Origin: a bacterium
GTDB lineage: Bacteria > Patescibacteriota > Minisyncoccia > UBA6257 > GWB1-50-10
Length of the DNA stretch: 64,000 nt
Reading direction: 5' to 3'
Assembly: GCA_021801565.1 (NCBI GenBank)
Contig: JAJYXV010000015.1
Coordinates: forward strand, 23,839-87,838
Positions 1-9,609 of this stretch are shown in pieces. Below the pieces are notes generated by a model that saw only the letters and a list, made by a program, of their open reading frames with translations, was not told the origin of the DNA and made no database searches. Each line of letters begins with the position of its first letter. Position 1 is the stretch's first letter. A program made the position numbers and the translations under genes.

Positions 1-1334
1 TACACTATCTCATGCCACTTATGCCCCTCTATCTGCTTTGGTGGAAGAAGACGCACACTCAAAAACGCGGAAGTAATAATTCCAAATGTAGTGAGGTTGA
101 TAATTGATCCGGTAATTTTCGGAAGATTATATGAGACAATCGTGCTTTGAAAAAGAAATCCACCGAGTATATTAGGAAGAAATCCGAAAAGAAAAATAAT
201 AAAAGAGCTCGTCGCCCACGAATAAAAACCGTCGATCGTGGTAAACGTCCAAAATATTTTCCTTCTGAAAGAAAGCGTTTTGTTCTTCCAAAAATCGGAA
301 AATACATATGACACATTTTCGATTCCCCATGCCCATCGGCGTTGCTGTTTATAAAGATTTATAAGCGCCTCTTTCGTTGTCTTTCCCTCTACTGAATCCA
401 TATAGACGGGATAGAGAAGCGGAACCGCGCGCCAATCACCGTTATAATGATTAACACATTGAAAAAATATGTGAGAATCTTCATTCACAATCCCCACATT
501 CCAAAAACCTACATCAACAAGTGCCTGAAGCGGGATGCTGTGGGAAGAAAATGAAACGAGTTGCTCTGGGCGCGCTTGTTGCATTAATTGCCAAAATGTT
601 GAACTAAATCCAATAAGCCGCGCGAATATAGGAACTTTATAAACATTGTTGGTAAAAATCGGAATCGGTTGATAGCTCGAATGATCGGGATGAGCTGCAG
701 TGAGGTATGCGTGTGTAAGTATTCCAAAATATTCTTTTCCGGGACGTGTATCAATATCAAATACCGATACAAGAACGTCTTTTATGGGAATGCCTGATGG
801 AACAATCATCTCGGGAATTGCACGACGCACCGCATATGTATCATTCGATCCCTTTCCGGGAAGTTCTCCGGAAATTCCGAATGGATGGGAAACCACCAGC
901 ATCCCCTTAAATATATGGCCAAGCTCTTCCGCCACTTGCTGCGCTGATTTTTCCATCCCCCCCCTTTCTTCCGGTGCGAGAAGAATAAAAATTTTATCTT
1001 TCGGAAAATTTGTTTTTGATAGACTTTCAACCGCATCATATATAACCTCATATGACTCTTTATAGAGGGGAAGTACCACGAGATGATGCATCCGCTCCCA
1101 CGCAAGATGTTCATTTTTTATGCGCTCCATCCAGTCGACTTCCATATTCTTTTTCATTTGCACAAATGAAAAACGCAAATGAAGGAATAGATAGACCGTT
1201 CTTAAAAACCAAAGAAGATCATAAACAACGATAAAAATCGCGACTACAAACGGCAATTTCCATGATAAGAAAAGAAGCCCGAGGAGTGTTCCCCAGGAAA
1301 GGAGACCGATTATCATTTCGTAAAATCGCTTCAT
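1..1334 (-). CDS. GT2-family glycosyltransferase (cellulose/chitin-synthase-like); partial, 3' end beyond window start
   Basis: Hand translation of minus frame from ATG at 1334 reads MKRFYEMIIGLLSWGTLLGLLFLSWKLPFVV...VVLPLYKESYEVIYDAVESLSKTNFPKDKIFILLAPEE...VFDIDTRP...LYKQQRRWAWG. It has N-terminal TM helices, a DxD-like motif, the canonical QxxRW motif and C-terminal TM helices. It is absent from the ORF track because no stop lies in the window, and the listed ORFs 59..316, 584..772 and 806..1114 are in a different frame. Confidence 0.6.
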   Translation of the reverse strand, partial: MKRFYEMIIGLLSWGTLLGLLFLSWKLPFVVAIFIVVYDLLWFLRTVYLFLHLRFSFVQMKKNMEVDWMERIKNEHLAWERMHHLVVLPLYKESYEVIYDAVESLSKTNFPKDKIFILLAPEERGGMEKSAQQVAEELGHIFKGMLVVSHPFGISGELPGKGSNDTYAVRRAIPEMIVPSGIPIKDVLVSVFDIDTRPGKEYFGILTHAYLTAAHPDHSSYQPIPIFTNNVYKVPIFARLIGFSSTFWQLMQQARPEQLVSFSSHSIPLQALVDVGFWNVGIVNEDSHIFFQCVNHYNGDWRAVPLLYPVYMDSVEGKTTKEALINLYKQQRRWAWGIENVSYVFSDFWKNKTLSFRRKIFWTFTTIDGFYSWATSSFIIFLFGFLPNILGGFLFQSTIVSYNLPKITGSIINLTTFGIITSAFLSVRLLPPKQIEGHKWHEIV

Positions 1335-1400
1335 GTCATGAAATACTATCCTGAATATGCCTCTTTTTCAATAATAAAGAGTCTCTTTTATATGAATGAC

Positions 1401-1802
1401 TTAATATAAAAACAGCCCAAACAACTGATCAACAGCAAACTTTCCGCCCCCTACTGTGAGGAGTACGAAAAATGAAATGAGAATAAGAAGATCAAATTCA
1501 AAACTCGAAAAATTTCTCAATTTTTTTACCTTAATGATAATAACAATAAATTCAATGATGAATGGAATCGCGACAAGTTGTGTGAGAAATCCAAAAATGA
1601 GAAAAATACCCCCAATGAATTCCACAATACCCACAAGAAGCGCCCAAAAAATTCCTGGTCTAAATCCCATTCCAGCAAAGCTATCTACTGTCGCTCTCAG
1701 ATTTTTCAATTTTGGAAACCCATGATAAATAAAAATGATACCTAAAACGACACGAAGAAGAAAAAATGCCCAATCACTGAATACAAATAATGGCTGAATC
1801 AT
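1401..1802 (-). CDS. DoxX family membrane protein
   Basis: 133 aa with 4 TM helices and a DoxX-like N-terminus (FLLRVVLGIIFIYHGFPKL). Confidence 0.7.
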   Translation of the reverse strand: MIQPLFVFSDWAFFLLRVVLGIIFIYHGFPKLKNLRATVDSFAGMGFRPGIFWALLVGIVEFIGGIFLIFGFLTQLVAIPFIIEFIVIIIKVKKLRNFSSFEFDLLILISFFVLLTVGGGKFAVDQLFGLFLY

Positions 1803-2040
1803 AACTTTGGTAATTAGAAACTAGTAATTTATAACGTGTGACCTTTGTACAAATATAAGTATAGCAAAAATCCGGAGAATTGCTCCCGATCCTAATTTAA
1901 TCGAACTTTCTAATTTCTTCGATATGACCGCCAAGCATGTCAGAATCGGTAAATATTATCGTTTCTTCTTCTGTTTTTCCCTCTCTTAGAAGAATCAATC
2001 CTATTTCCAATTCATTATAAAAAATTAACAAACAACACAA

Positions 2041-2082
2041 ATACTAAAGTATTATGTGCGGCCGCACATAATACTTTAGTAT
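2041..2082. repeat. 42-bp perfect palindrome centred on GCGGCCGC in the divergent DoxX/tsaD intergenic region
   Basis: atactaaagtattatgtgcggccgcacataatactttagtat is exactly self-complementary. Confidence 0.8.
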
Positions 2083-2150
2083 CGAGAATTTTCGGCTAAT
2101 AAAAATAACAAACACTTGATACTTAATACCAAATACCTAATACTTTCCCT

Positions 2151-3239
2151 ATGAAGATTCTTGCGATAGAAACATCGTGTGATGACACGGCAATTGCGCT
2201 CGTGGAGGCGTCAGGCACAATGTCCACACCAAAATTCAAGATTCTAAAGAGTGTAGTATCATCACAAATCAAAATCCATCGCCCGTGGGGTGGTGTGGTT
2301 CCCAACCTCGCAAAGCGTGAGCACATCAAAAATCTTCCAAAGATTTTTGATAAGTTAAAAGTTAAAGGCAAAAAGGCAAAAGTTGATGCAATCTGTGTCA
2401 CCGTCGGACCCGGACTTGAACCGGCACTCTGGGCAGGAATCACATTTGCTAAGGAAATTTATAGACAATTGAAGACTGAAAACCCGACCAAGACGGGCCA
2501 GCCTCAGGCTGGAAAACTAAGGCTTATCGGAGTGAATCACCTGGAGGGACACCTCTACAGTTTTTTGCTCTCACAAAAAACTGTAAATTCTAAACACAAA
2601 ATACTAAATCCTAAATCCTATTCCCCAACCCCCATCTTTCCCGCGATTGCTCTAATTGTTTCTGGGGGACACACCATTCTTCTCAAAATGGACTCGCCTA
2701 TAAAATGGAAAAAACTTGGGGAAACAAAGGATGACGCGGTGGGAGAATCATTCGACAAAGTGGCAAAAATGCTTGGATTTCCCTATCCAGGAGGGCCAGA
2801 GATACAACGCCTTGCCGAGAAAGGAAACCCAAACGCAGTACGATTTCCACGTCCAATGATCGGATCGAAAGATTATAATTTCAGCTATTCGGGACTCAAA
2901 ACCTCTGTACTTTATTACCTCCGCGACAATCCAAAAGCAGAAAAAGAAGATGTAGCAGCAAGTTTTCAAGAAGCGGCACTCGATGTACTCATAAAAAAAA
3001 CCGAGCGGGCAGCACGTGAATATGGTGCAAAATCAATCTTTCTTTCTGGGGGCGTTGCAGCAAATAGTGTGCTTCGTAATAAGTTATTAGTAATTAGTAA
3101 TAAGTTGGGCGCAAATTTCTTTGCGCCACCAATGGATTTTAACACCGATAATGCCGTGATGATTGCGGTTGCGGGATATATGAGTATCCTCCGTAAGAAA
3201 AATAAAAAACTTATTGCGGATGGGAATATGAGGATATAA
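2151..3239 (+). CDS. tsaD: tRNA N6-adenosine threonylcarbamoyltransferase TsaD (Kae1/YgjD)
   Basis: MKILAIETSCDDTAIALV N-terminus, GVNHLEGHL, SGGHT and GGVAAN motifs. It contains an extra insert encoded by TAAATCC repeats. Confidence 0.9.
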   Translation: MKILAIETSCDDTAIALVEASGTMSTPKFKILKSVVSSQIKIHRPWGGVVPNLAKREHIKNLPKIFDKLKVKGKKAKVDAICVTVGPGLEPALWAGITFAKEIYRQLKTENPTKTGQPQAGKLRLIGVNHLEGHLYSFLLSQKTVNSKHKILNPKSYSPTPIFPAIALIVSGGHTILLKMDSPIKWKKLGETKDDAVGESFDKVAKMLGFPYPGGPEIQRLAEKGNPNAVRFPRPMIGSKDYNFSYSGLKTSVLYYLRDNPKAEKEDVAASFQEAALDVLIKKTERAAREYGAKSIFLSGGVAANSVLRNKLLVISNKLGANFFAPPMDFNTDNAVMIAVAGYMSILRKKNKKLIADGNMRI

Positions 3240-3280
3240 CATAATATAGTCGATCGGATGGATAATGTTATATATCACTT

Positions 3281-3562
3281 TTGTATTTTTTATGTATACT
3301 ATACATTATGGGTAATGAAAAAATGGAACGGAGATTTATTGTAAATCCCAACGGAGAAGCAAAAGAACAAAAATTAAAAGAGGGTGAGCCAACGCGAAAA
3401 TTCGTGGGAAATGAAATGGGAGAAATAAAGGAGGAAGAATTTACAGAGGAAGATCGAGAGCTTTTTCGTATTGCCGAAAGTCTAGATTATCAGAAATTCT
3501 TTCAAGAGAACCCTGATTTAAGAGAAGAATTTATCGAGTGGTATAAGAAAAATAAAAAGTAA
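3281..3562 (+). CDS. hypothetical small acidic protein
   Basis: 93-aa ORF followed directly by a hairpin terminator. The true start may be the internal MGNEKMERR. Confidence 0.45.
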   Translation: MYFLCILYIMGNEKMERRFIVNPNGEAKEQKLKEGEPTRKFVGNEMGEIKEEEFTEEDRELFRIAESLDYQKFFQENPDLREEFIEWYKKNKK

Positions 3563-3563
3563 A

Positions 3564-3592
3564 ATTCTCCGTGTTTGACGGAGAATTTTTTT
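3564..3592. terminator. Rho-independent terminator, bidirectional
   Basis: attctccgtgtttgacggagaat hairpin followed by a T run and preceded by an A run. It sits between convergent genes. Confidence 0.7.
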
Positions 3593-3911
3593 ATCCCAAA
3601 AATAAGTATGTGTACCATCCCGCCACAATAAAGGAAATGACAATCGTTCCAATACTTATCCCCTTCCAAAAATCACTCCTCTTGTCATTTTTATACTCCC
3701 CAGTGAGAACATAGATATTGTAGAAAAATGCAAGAGTAAGCATCGAAACAGCAAAGATAGTAAACATCGGGAAATTCACGATATGCGCAACAATAAAAAG
3801 CACGCCATACAAAAAAACAGCAAGTAATAAACCAAAAAGTTTCATATAGACCCCTTTTAGATGTATAAATAATTCTGTATTTATAAAAGCACCAACAATA
3901 GCAATCGTCAA
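3591..3911 (-). CDS. hypothetical membrane protein
   Basis: 106-aa ORF with 3 predicted TM helices. The likely start is internal, at MKLFGLL. Confidence 0.45.
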   Translation of the reverse strand: MTIAIVGAFINTELFIHLKGVYMKLFGLLLAVFLYGVLFIVAHIVNFPMFTIFAVSMLTLAFFYNIYVLTGEYKNDKRSDFWKGISIGTIVISFIVAGWYTYLFLG

Positions 3912-3947
3912 ACTGTTTCAAAACTATCGGAGAAAATTAATATTTCC

Positions 3948-3982
3948 TTGCAAAACCCTTGCTATGGGAGTATAACGATTGA
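3948..3982 (+). promoter_or_regulatory. sigma70-like promoter (TTGCAA-N17-TATAAC) upstream of 4012 gene
   Basis: ttgcaaaacccttgctatgggagtataac. Confidence 0.45.
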
Positions 3983-4011
3983 TAGTTATTTAACTCAAAA
4001 CGGAGTTCTCT

Positions 4012-4356
4012 ATGAGCGATGCACATGGCGACTTAAAACGCGAAGAAAACAGATGCTTTGCATATGTCGGTTTCCTCGAAGCGTTCATTGATTATATCAA
4101 AAAACCTCTGGAAAAAAATTGGAAACAAATAGAAATAAAAATCCTTGACGCAACAGACTATATTTCGAAAGAAGAATATTTTGAATTCAAATTTCAAAAA
4201 AGTATTGAAATTTTTGACCGGCTGAAAGAAAAAGCAAAACTTCTAAAAAATCTTGATTTTCAGGAATCTAAAAAGTTTATTTCCGCCGTCAATCCTTACG
4301 GAAAATTCAGCAAAAAAATCAAAGACTTTATAGAAGAAATAACTCCAGAAGAATAA
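4012..4356 (+). CDS. hypothetical protein
   Basis: 114-aa ORF, charged and helical, followed by a convergent terminator. Confidence 0.5.
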   Translation: MSDAHGDLKREENRCFAYVGFLEAFIDYIKKPLEKNWKQIEIKILDATDYISKEEYFEFKFQKSIEIFDRLKEKAKLLKNLDFQESKKFISAVNPYGKFSKKIKDFIEEITPEE

Positions 4357-4425
4357 TGACGTACCCCCCGTAGCCAAGTTGTGGGGTTCCTGATAATTAA
4401 AAAACCCGGATTCATTTCGGGCTTT

Positions 4426-5106
4426 TTATTTATTTTCTTGTGAAAACTGCACTGATTTTATATACTCCATCGGAATCTCCCCTTGAACCATCACCTCTGG
4501 AAATAGGCGCATATAGGCGCGAAATTTATCATCATTTTTGTCTCTAACTCTTTCCAACATTGCCTCACCAAAAAGATTTTGTAATCTCTCCTTTTTTATA
4601 TTTTCCCTCCAAAACAAATCATCATTTTCGATATCAGTGAGATATTTTTTTAAGTAAGAGATAAATTCACTTCCTTTTATTATAGAATTTTTGAAATATT
4701 TCTCATCATCCTCTTTTCCAATAAAATGGATAAGGTCTCCTGCTGTAGCAACCATTACATCCTCGCGATTTAATATCTCTGGATCTATTTCTAAAACAAC
4801 ATCTCCCATATTACTTGGCTTATGACTCAGAAATATACTATTATCCCTGCCATGTTGTTTATCCATAATTCCGCTTGATGCGGCATCCGATAAAAGATCT
4901 TCTGGGTCATTTTCTGATAAAAACCTATTTTTTATAAGTTCCGCAATACTCATTATCTTTCCTTGTTTTTTTATCTTTTCCCATTTTTCCTTGCTTGTTG
5001 AATGGTATAAATGAAGTTTTTCCATTATTTCTTTTTCAGAAATTTCTGGCCTTTTCTTCACGTCGACAGTTAGTGAAACTAACTCTTTCTTTTCAAAACT
5101 TTCCAT
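4426..5106 (-). CDS. hypothetical protein
   Basis: 226-aa ORF with a coherent non-repetitive sequence and no recognisable motif. Confidence 0.5.
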   Translation of the reverse strand: MESFEKKELVSLTVDVKKRPEISEKEIMEKLHLYHSTSKEKWEKIKKQGKIMSIAELIKNRFLSENDPEDLLSDAASSGIMDKQHGRDNSIFLSHKPSNMGDVVLEIDPEILNREDVMVATAGDLIHFIGKEDDEKYFKNSIIKGSEFISYLKKYLTDIENDDLFWRENIKKERLQNLFGEAMLERVRDKNDDKFRAYMRLFPEVMVQGEIPMEYIKSVQFSQENK

Positions 5107-5121
5107 TTGATAAGTATAACA

Positions 5122-5151
5122 TAAAAAAAACCAGGAATATTCCGGGTTTTT
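5122..5151. terminator. hairpin terminator
   Basis: aaaaaaaaccaggaatattccgggtttttt. Confidence 0.6.
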
Positions 5152-5160
5152 TAATAATAT

Positions 5161-5520
5161 TTATTCCTTCACCGCGATATAGTGCGGCTCTCTACAGTGA
5201 TAGCATTGAGCTTTTTCAATTGCGACGCTAACTGCGCGCGAGTATTGTTTAAATCTCAGAGGGAGATTTTCTGGTCTTCCGGACCAGATTTTGAATTCAT
5301 CAAGAACAATTCCATACGGAACCAATCTTGTTGAAAATTTCCTTATATCCACATCACCATCACCACGGTGATGTGGAAAGGAAATTCTTATGACAGCCTC
5401 GGGAACAGAAAAATACGCACGCACACCACAGGCGAGATGTCCCGATCGAGGAATGTAATATGGGAAAAGATTTTTTCCTGACAGACCGCAAATGACTTCT
5501 GCATCTCCCGTGTTCGTCAT
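5161..5520 (-). CDS. hypothetical protein with split Cys cluster (C11, C31, CxxC at C-terminus)
   Basis: 119-aa ORF ending in a CYHC motif. It is a possible zinc-ribbon protein. Confidence 0.45.
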   Translation of the reverse strand: MTNTGDAEVICGLSGKNLFPYYIPRSGHLACGVRAYFSVPEAVIRISFPHHRGDGDVDIRKFSTRLVPYGIVLDEFKIWSGRPENLPLRFKQYSRAVSVAIEKAQCYHCREPHYIAVKE

Positions 5521-5627
5521 TCCACCACCACACTCTTCGCATTGTATTGAGAATGTATAAGAATATAATATGTCAATATAATCAAAAGTCTTTATTCTAT
5601 AATGAAAATCGAGGTATAATCAAAAAC

Positions 5628-7811
5628 ATGGAACTTATTACTGGCGCATACGAACCAAAAGAAGCGGAATCGAACATATACGAAAAATGGGAACAATCGG
5701 GATATTTTAATCCAGACAAACTTCCCGGCGAGCGGAATGAAAAATATATTGTCTATATGCCACTTCCCAACGTGACAGGAACACTCCATATGGGACACGC
5801 ACTTGATAATACGCTTCAGGATATTGTTATTCGCTATCATCGAATGAAAGGATATAAAACACTTTGGTTTCCTGGCACCGACCACGCGGGTATTGCAACG
5901 CAGTATGTTGTTGAAAAAGAATTAAAGAAAAGGGGAATAAACCGTTTTGAACTTGGGCGTGAAAAATTTATTGAGAAAATATGGGAGTGGAAAAACAAAT
6001 ACGGAAACACTATTATTGAGCAGTTAAAAAAACTTGGAGTGTCATGTGATTGGTCGCGCATCAGATTCACTATGGACGAGAAATATGCAAAAGATGTGCA
6101 AAATGCATTCGTGCATTACCACGAGAAAGGATTTCTCTATCGTGGAAAACGCGTTGTAAATTGGTGCCCACGCTGTGGTACAAGTCTTTCTGAACTTGAA
6201 CTCGAATATAAAGACGAGAAATCAAAATTGTGGTACATAAAATATAATTTCAAAGATCAAAATTCAAAGATCAAAAGTGTGACTGTTGCAACAACACGAC
6301 CTGAAACAATGTTGGGTGACACCGCGGTTGCGGTACATCCGAAAGATGATCGGTATAAAAATATGATTGGAAAAACTCTTATACTTCCGATTATGCATCG
6401 GGAAATTCCCATTGTTGCTGATGATGCAATAGACATGGAGTTTGGTACGGGTGCGGTCAAAGTTACCCCCGCACATGACATGGTTGATTTTGAAATGGGG
6501 GAGCGACACAAACTTGAAGTAATTCAAGTGATTGATGAACGCGGAAAAATGAATGAAAACGCAGGAATATACAATGAAATGAAAGCGGAAGAGGCACGGG
6601 AAAAGATTGTTGAAAGATTAAAAGGGGAAAAACTTCTTGAAAAAGAGGAGAGCTACGACCACCGGGTCGCGGTTTGCTACCGTTGCGGACACGTGATTGA
6701 GCCGGTTCCCTCACTTCAATGGTTTTTGAGAATGGAAGAACTCGCAAAAAATGCACTTGATGCCGTAAAATCCAAAAAAGTAAAAATCATCCCTAATAAT
6801 TTTGAAAAAAAATATTTCGATTGGCTTGAAAATATCCGCGACTGGACAATCTCGCGTCAGATTTGGTGGGGACACCAAATTCCAGTTTATTTTTGCAAAA
6901 ATAAACTGGAATCAATTTCCAATGAAAATAAAGAAGAGTATGTGGTCTCACTGGAAAGACCAGGAACATGCCCATTTTGTAAAAAATGTGAAATGGAACA
7001 ATCTCCTGATGTGCTCGACACGTGGTTTTCCTCGGCACTTTGGCCGTTTGCAGGACTTTCGGAATCAGATCTCAAAAATTATTATCCAGGAACAACACTT
7101 ATTACCGCGCGCGATATATTAAATCTTTGGGTGGCGCGTATGATTTATTCCGGCATTGAATTTAAAAAAGAACTTCCCTTTACTAACGTATTTATTCACG
7201 GAACGATACTCACCAAAGATGGGAAACGCATGTCGAAAAGTCTTGGCACCGGCATTGATCCGTTGAAATATATTGATCAGTATGGCGCCGACGCAACACG
7301 CTTTGGAATCGTCTGGCAGGCGAGCGGACAAGATATTCGATGGGATGAGACCGCAATTATTGCAGGAAAAAAATTTGCAAATAAATTATGGAACGCGAGT
7401 CGGTTTGTTCTCGCAAACGCTTCGCCAAATGGTATCAGTATAAATCAGCTCAATCCGCATATATCCGCGTCTACGGATGCAGATAAGAAAATTTTAAGGG
7501 CACTTGAGAAAACAAAAGAAAGTATTGAAAGGGATATAAAAAATTTTGAATTTTCGAGACCGCTTCACACCGCATACGATTTTTTCTGGCACGAATTTTG
7601 CGACATTTATCTTGAGATATCAAAGAAACAATTATCTGTCCCGAACGGAAAAGACGAAAACCTGTCGGAAAACACGAAAGCGATACTAATACATGTCCTC
7701 CTCTCTTCCCTTAAAATATTTCATCCCTTCATTCCCTTCATCACTGAAGAAATTTATTCACGTATTCCACTTGAAAACAAAAAAGAATGTCTCATGATTG
7801 AGGAATGGTAA
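5628..7811 (+). CDS. valS: valine--tRNA ligase (short form lacking C-terminal coiled-coil)
   Basis: PLPNVTGTLHMGHA (HIGH) and KMSKSLGTG (KMSKS) motifs, with the ValRS-type N-terminus YEPKEAESNIYEKWEQSGYF. The track start at 5547 is a TTG, so the ATG at 5628 is preferred. Confidence 0.9.
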   Translation: MELITGAYEPKEAESNIYEKWEQSGYFNPDKLPGERNEKYIVYMPLPNVTGTLHMGHALDNTLQDIVIRYHRMKGYKTLWFPGTDHAGIATQYVVEKELKKRGINRFELGREKFIEKIWEWKNKYGNTIIEQLKKLGVSCDWSRIRFTMDEKYAKDVQNAFVHYHEKGFLYRGKRVVNWCPRCGTSLSELELEYKDEKSKLWYIKYNFKDQNSKIKSVTVATTRPETMLGDTAVAVHPKDDRYKNMIGKTLILPIMHREIPIVADDAIDMEFGTGAVKVTPAHDMVDFEMGERHKLEVIQVIDERGKMNENAGIYNEMKAEEAREKIVERLKGEKLLEKEESYDHRVAVCYRCGHVIEPVPSLQWFLRMEELAKNALDAVKSKKVKIIPNNFEKKYFDWLENIRDWTISRQIWWGHQIPVYFCKNKLESISNENKEEYVVSLERPGTCPFCKKCEMEQSPDVLDTWFSSALWPFAGLSESDLKNYYPGTTLITARDILNLWVARMIYSGIEFKKELPFTNVFIHGTILTKDGKRMSKSLGTGIDPLKYIDQYGADATRFGIVWQASGQDIRWDETAIIAGKKFANKLWNASRFVLANASPNGISINQLNPHISASTDADKKILRALEKTKESIERDIKNFEFSRPLHTAYDFFWHEFCDIYLEISKKQLSVPNGKDENLSENTKAILIHVLLSSLKIFHPFIPFITEEIYSRIPLENKKECLMIEEW

Positions 7812-8538
7812 TTTTCTTATGTTCTTTTTAACACTTATTCTTACTCTCCTCTTTGCGTGTGCACCAAGCATTATATGGCTTCTTTTTTTCTTGCGCGAAG
7901 ATACGCGTCCGGAACCAAAGCGACTCATCCTCTATACGTTCGGTGCGGGAGCGTTTGTAAGCCTTTTCGTGCTTGTTGTTCAATATATCTTCCAACAATC
8001 AGTACTCGGACTTGGAGGAAATGTGCTTTTTCTTATCGTTGGACTCGCATTCGTAGAAGAATTATTTAAATTTATCGCGGCACATTGGGCGGTAGAACGG
8101 GATAGAGCATTTGACGAACCAGTTGATGCGATGATCTATATGATTATCGCAGCACTCGGATTTGCAACAATAGAAAACTTATTTGTGCTTGGAAACTCGT
8201 TTGATGTAATAAGTGCCGCCTCTTTTTCAATTGTGGGCACAACACTTCTCCTTCGATTTATTGGTGCAACACTTCTCCACAGTATTTCGTCTGCGCTTGT
8301 TGGATTTTATTGGGCGAAAGGGAAGTTGCTGCGAAAAAAGAAAAAACTTATTCCTATTGGTATCATTTTTGCGACACTCATTCATGGAGTGTTCAACTAT
8401 CTCATTGAATATTTCCAAGATAAAAATCTTCTCATCTACCCGAGTATTTTTCTTCTTATTGCCTCATTTTTTATCTTTGTTGACTTCGAAAAACTGAAAG
8501 AAATCTGGAAAAATAAGTATCCTCGAGAAACACAATAG
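7798..8538 (+). CDS. PrsW-family intramembrane metalloprotease
   Basis: Polytopic membrane protein with EELFKF (EExxK) and HGVFN motifs. An alternative ATG lies at 7819. Confidence 0.7.
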   Translation: MRNGNFLMFFLTLILTLLFACAPSIIWLLFFLREDTRPEPKRLILYTFGAGAFVSLFVLVVQYIFQQSVLGLGGNVLFLIVGLAFVEELFKFIAAHWAVERDRAFDEPVDAMIYMIIAALGFATIENLFVLGNSFDVISAASFSIVGTTLLLRFIGATLLHSISSALVGFYWAKGKLLRKKKKLIPIGIIFATLIHGVFNYLIEYFQDKNLLIYPSIFLLIASFFIFVDFEKLKEIWKNKYPRETQ

Positions 8539-8557
8539 TCTGTGTTATACTTGAAAC

Positions 8558-9007
8558 ATGGAAGATAAAAATAAAGACAATATTTTCATTGAACTTGCAA
8601 AAGTACGAAGTCAACCCGCACCCATTGCGATAGACACCGAAGAAGATTTTTCTACCGAAATTGCGGATGAGGAGGTGGAGGGACAGCTCACTGTTGACGT
8701 GTATCAAGATAAAGACAATGTGGTGGTGCAGTCAACCGTGGCGGGAGTAAATCCAGACGAATTAGAGGTGAATATTACAAACGAATCGATCACTGTTCGC
8801 GGAAAAAGAGAGAGGGTGGAAAAAATTGAAGAAAAAAATTACTTTTACCAGGAATGTTTTTGGGGAAAATTTTCCCGATCTATTATTCTTCCTGTTGAAG
8901 TGGATCCCGAAAGTTCTGTTGCAACATTGAAAAATGGAGTGCTTACGGTGGTAATGCCGAAAGCAACAAGAAAAAAAGCAAAGAAATTAAAGGTAAGGCT
9001 CGATTAA
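8558..9007 (+). CDS. Hsp20/alpha-crystallin small heat-shock protein
   Basis: ACD-like core: DVYQDKDNVVVQSTVAGVNPDELEVNITNESITVRGKRE...GKFSRSIILPVEVDPESSVATLKNGVLTVVMPK. Confidence 0.85.
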   Translation: MEDKNKDNIFIELAKVRSQPAPIAIDTEEDFSTEIADEEVEGQLTVDVYQDKDNVVVQSTVAGVNPDELEVNITNESITVRGKRERVEKIEEKNYFYQECFWGKFSRSIILPVEVDPESSVATLKNGVLTVVMPKATRKKAKKLKVRLD

Positions 9008-9031
9008 AAATCCGCCGAAAGGCGGATTTTT
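9006..9031 (+). terminator. Rho-independent terminator
   Basis: aaaaatccgccgaaaggcggattttt. Confidence 0.8.
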
Positions 9032-9388
9032 CTATCTGTAGAGAATTTTTATTTCTTCAAATGAAGAAGATAAGTATCTTTCCTCAAGATCTGCGACTTC
9101 ATCCATGTGAAATTCATGATCCGGATTCGTTCCGAGGATTTCGGGCAAAAAGTGTTCTGCGTGCCCGATTATTTTTTTTCTTTGTGTGCGATCAAGAAAA
9201 TTTGTTCGCAAAATGATTTCACAACATACACAAAATGCCTTTTCTTCTCCTATTTTTTGCACATTAAAATCCCGAATAACCATATCCGCTTTCCTCGAGT
9301 CAGAAATTGGGTAATGAGAAAAATCTGGAAATAAAACACCAAACACTTCATCAAGCGGATTCATCTTTTTCTTCGACATTATCTTCAC
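9032..9388 (-). CDS. hypothetical protein
   Basis: 118-aa ORF. The probable start is MSKKKMNPLDE. Confidence 0.45.
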   Translation of the reverse strand: MKIMSKKKMNPLDEVFGVLFPDFSHYPISDSRKADMVIRDFNVQKIGEEKAFCVCCEIILRTNFLDRTQRKKIIGHAEHFLPEILGTNPDHEFHMDEVADLEERYLSSSFEEIKILYR

Positions 9389-9485
9389 TCCTTTTTATGT
9401 AAATATCTGCTTCGAGTATAAACTGAATTTCTCTCCACAGTCAACCAGGGAGTGATCCGCCAACGGGCGGACTACTTCCTGGTCA

Positions 9486-9600
9486 ATCCCGTTAGAGGTC
9501 ACACCCACTCCTTTTATTCCAAAACAAATCAATTTTTTGTAATAGGAGTGGATTATAAAAAATATTTAACTATCTCGTGGTGGGTTATTTCTAACGGGAT
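9486..9600. repeat. inverted-repeat element (ATCCCGTTAGA ... TCTAACGGGAT) enclosing hairpins
   Basis: 11-bp arms at 9486-9496 and 9590-9600. The arm motif is shared with 37209-37327 and 29030-29177. Confidence 0.6.
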
Positions 9601-9609
9601 CAAATTCCT

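Noticed and set aside
957-964. C8/G8 homopolymer inside the GT2 gene as a possible phase-variation tract
   Set aside because: An identical-length G8 run also occurs in essential gyrA (35170-35177, encoding WGG). The tract therefore reflects GGG/GGA codon usage rather than a dedicated slipped-strand switch. It is kept only as a low-priority note.
700-1114. ORFs 700..1065(+), 806..1114(-) and 59..316(-) listed in the track
   Set aside because: They are out-of-frame or antisense relative to the coherent GT2 glycosyltransferase frame, which carries QQRRWAWG. Their translations are low-complexity and unprotein-like.
5547-5627. 27-codon N-terminal extension of valS from a TTG start
   Set aside because: The extension is non-conserved and AT-rich. 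The ATG at 5628 gives the canonical ValRS N-terminus and has GAGGT 14 nt upstream.
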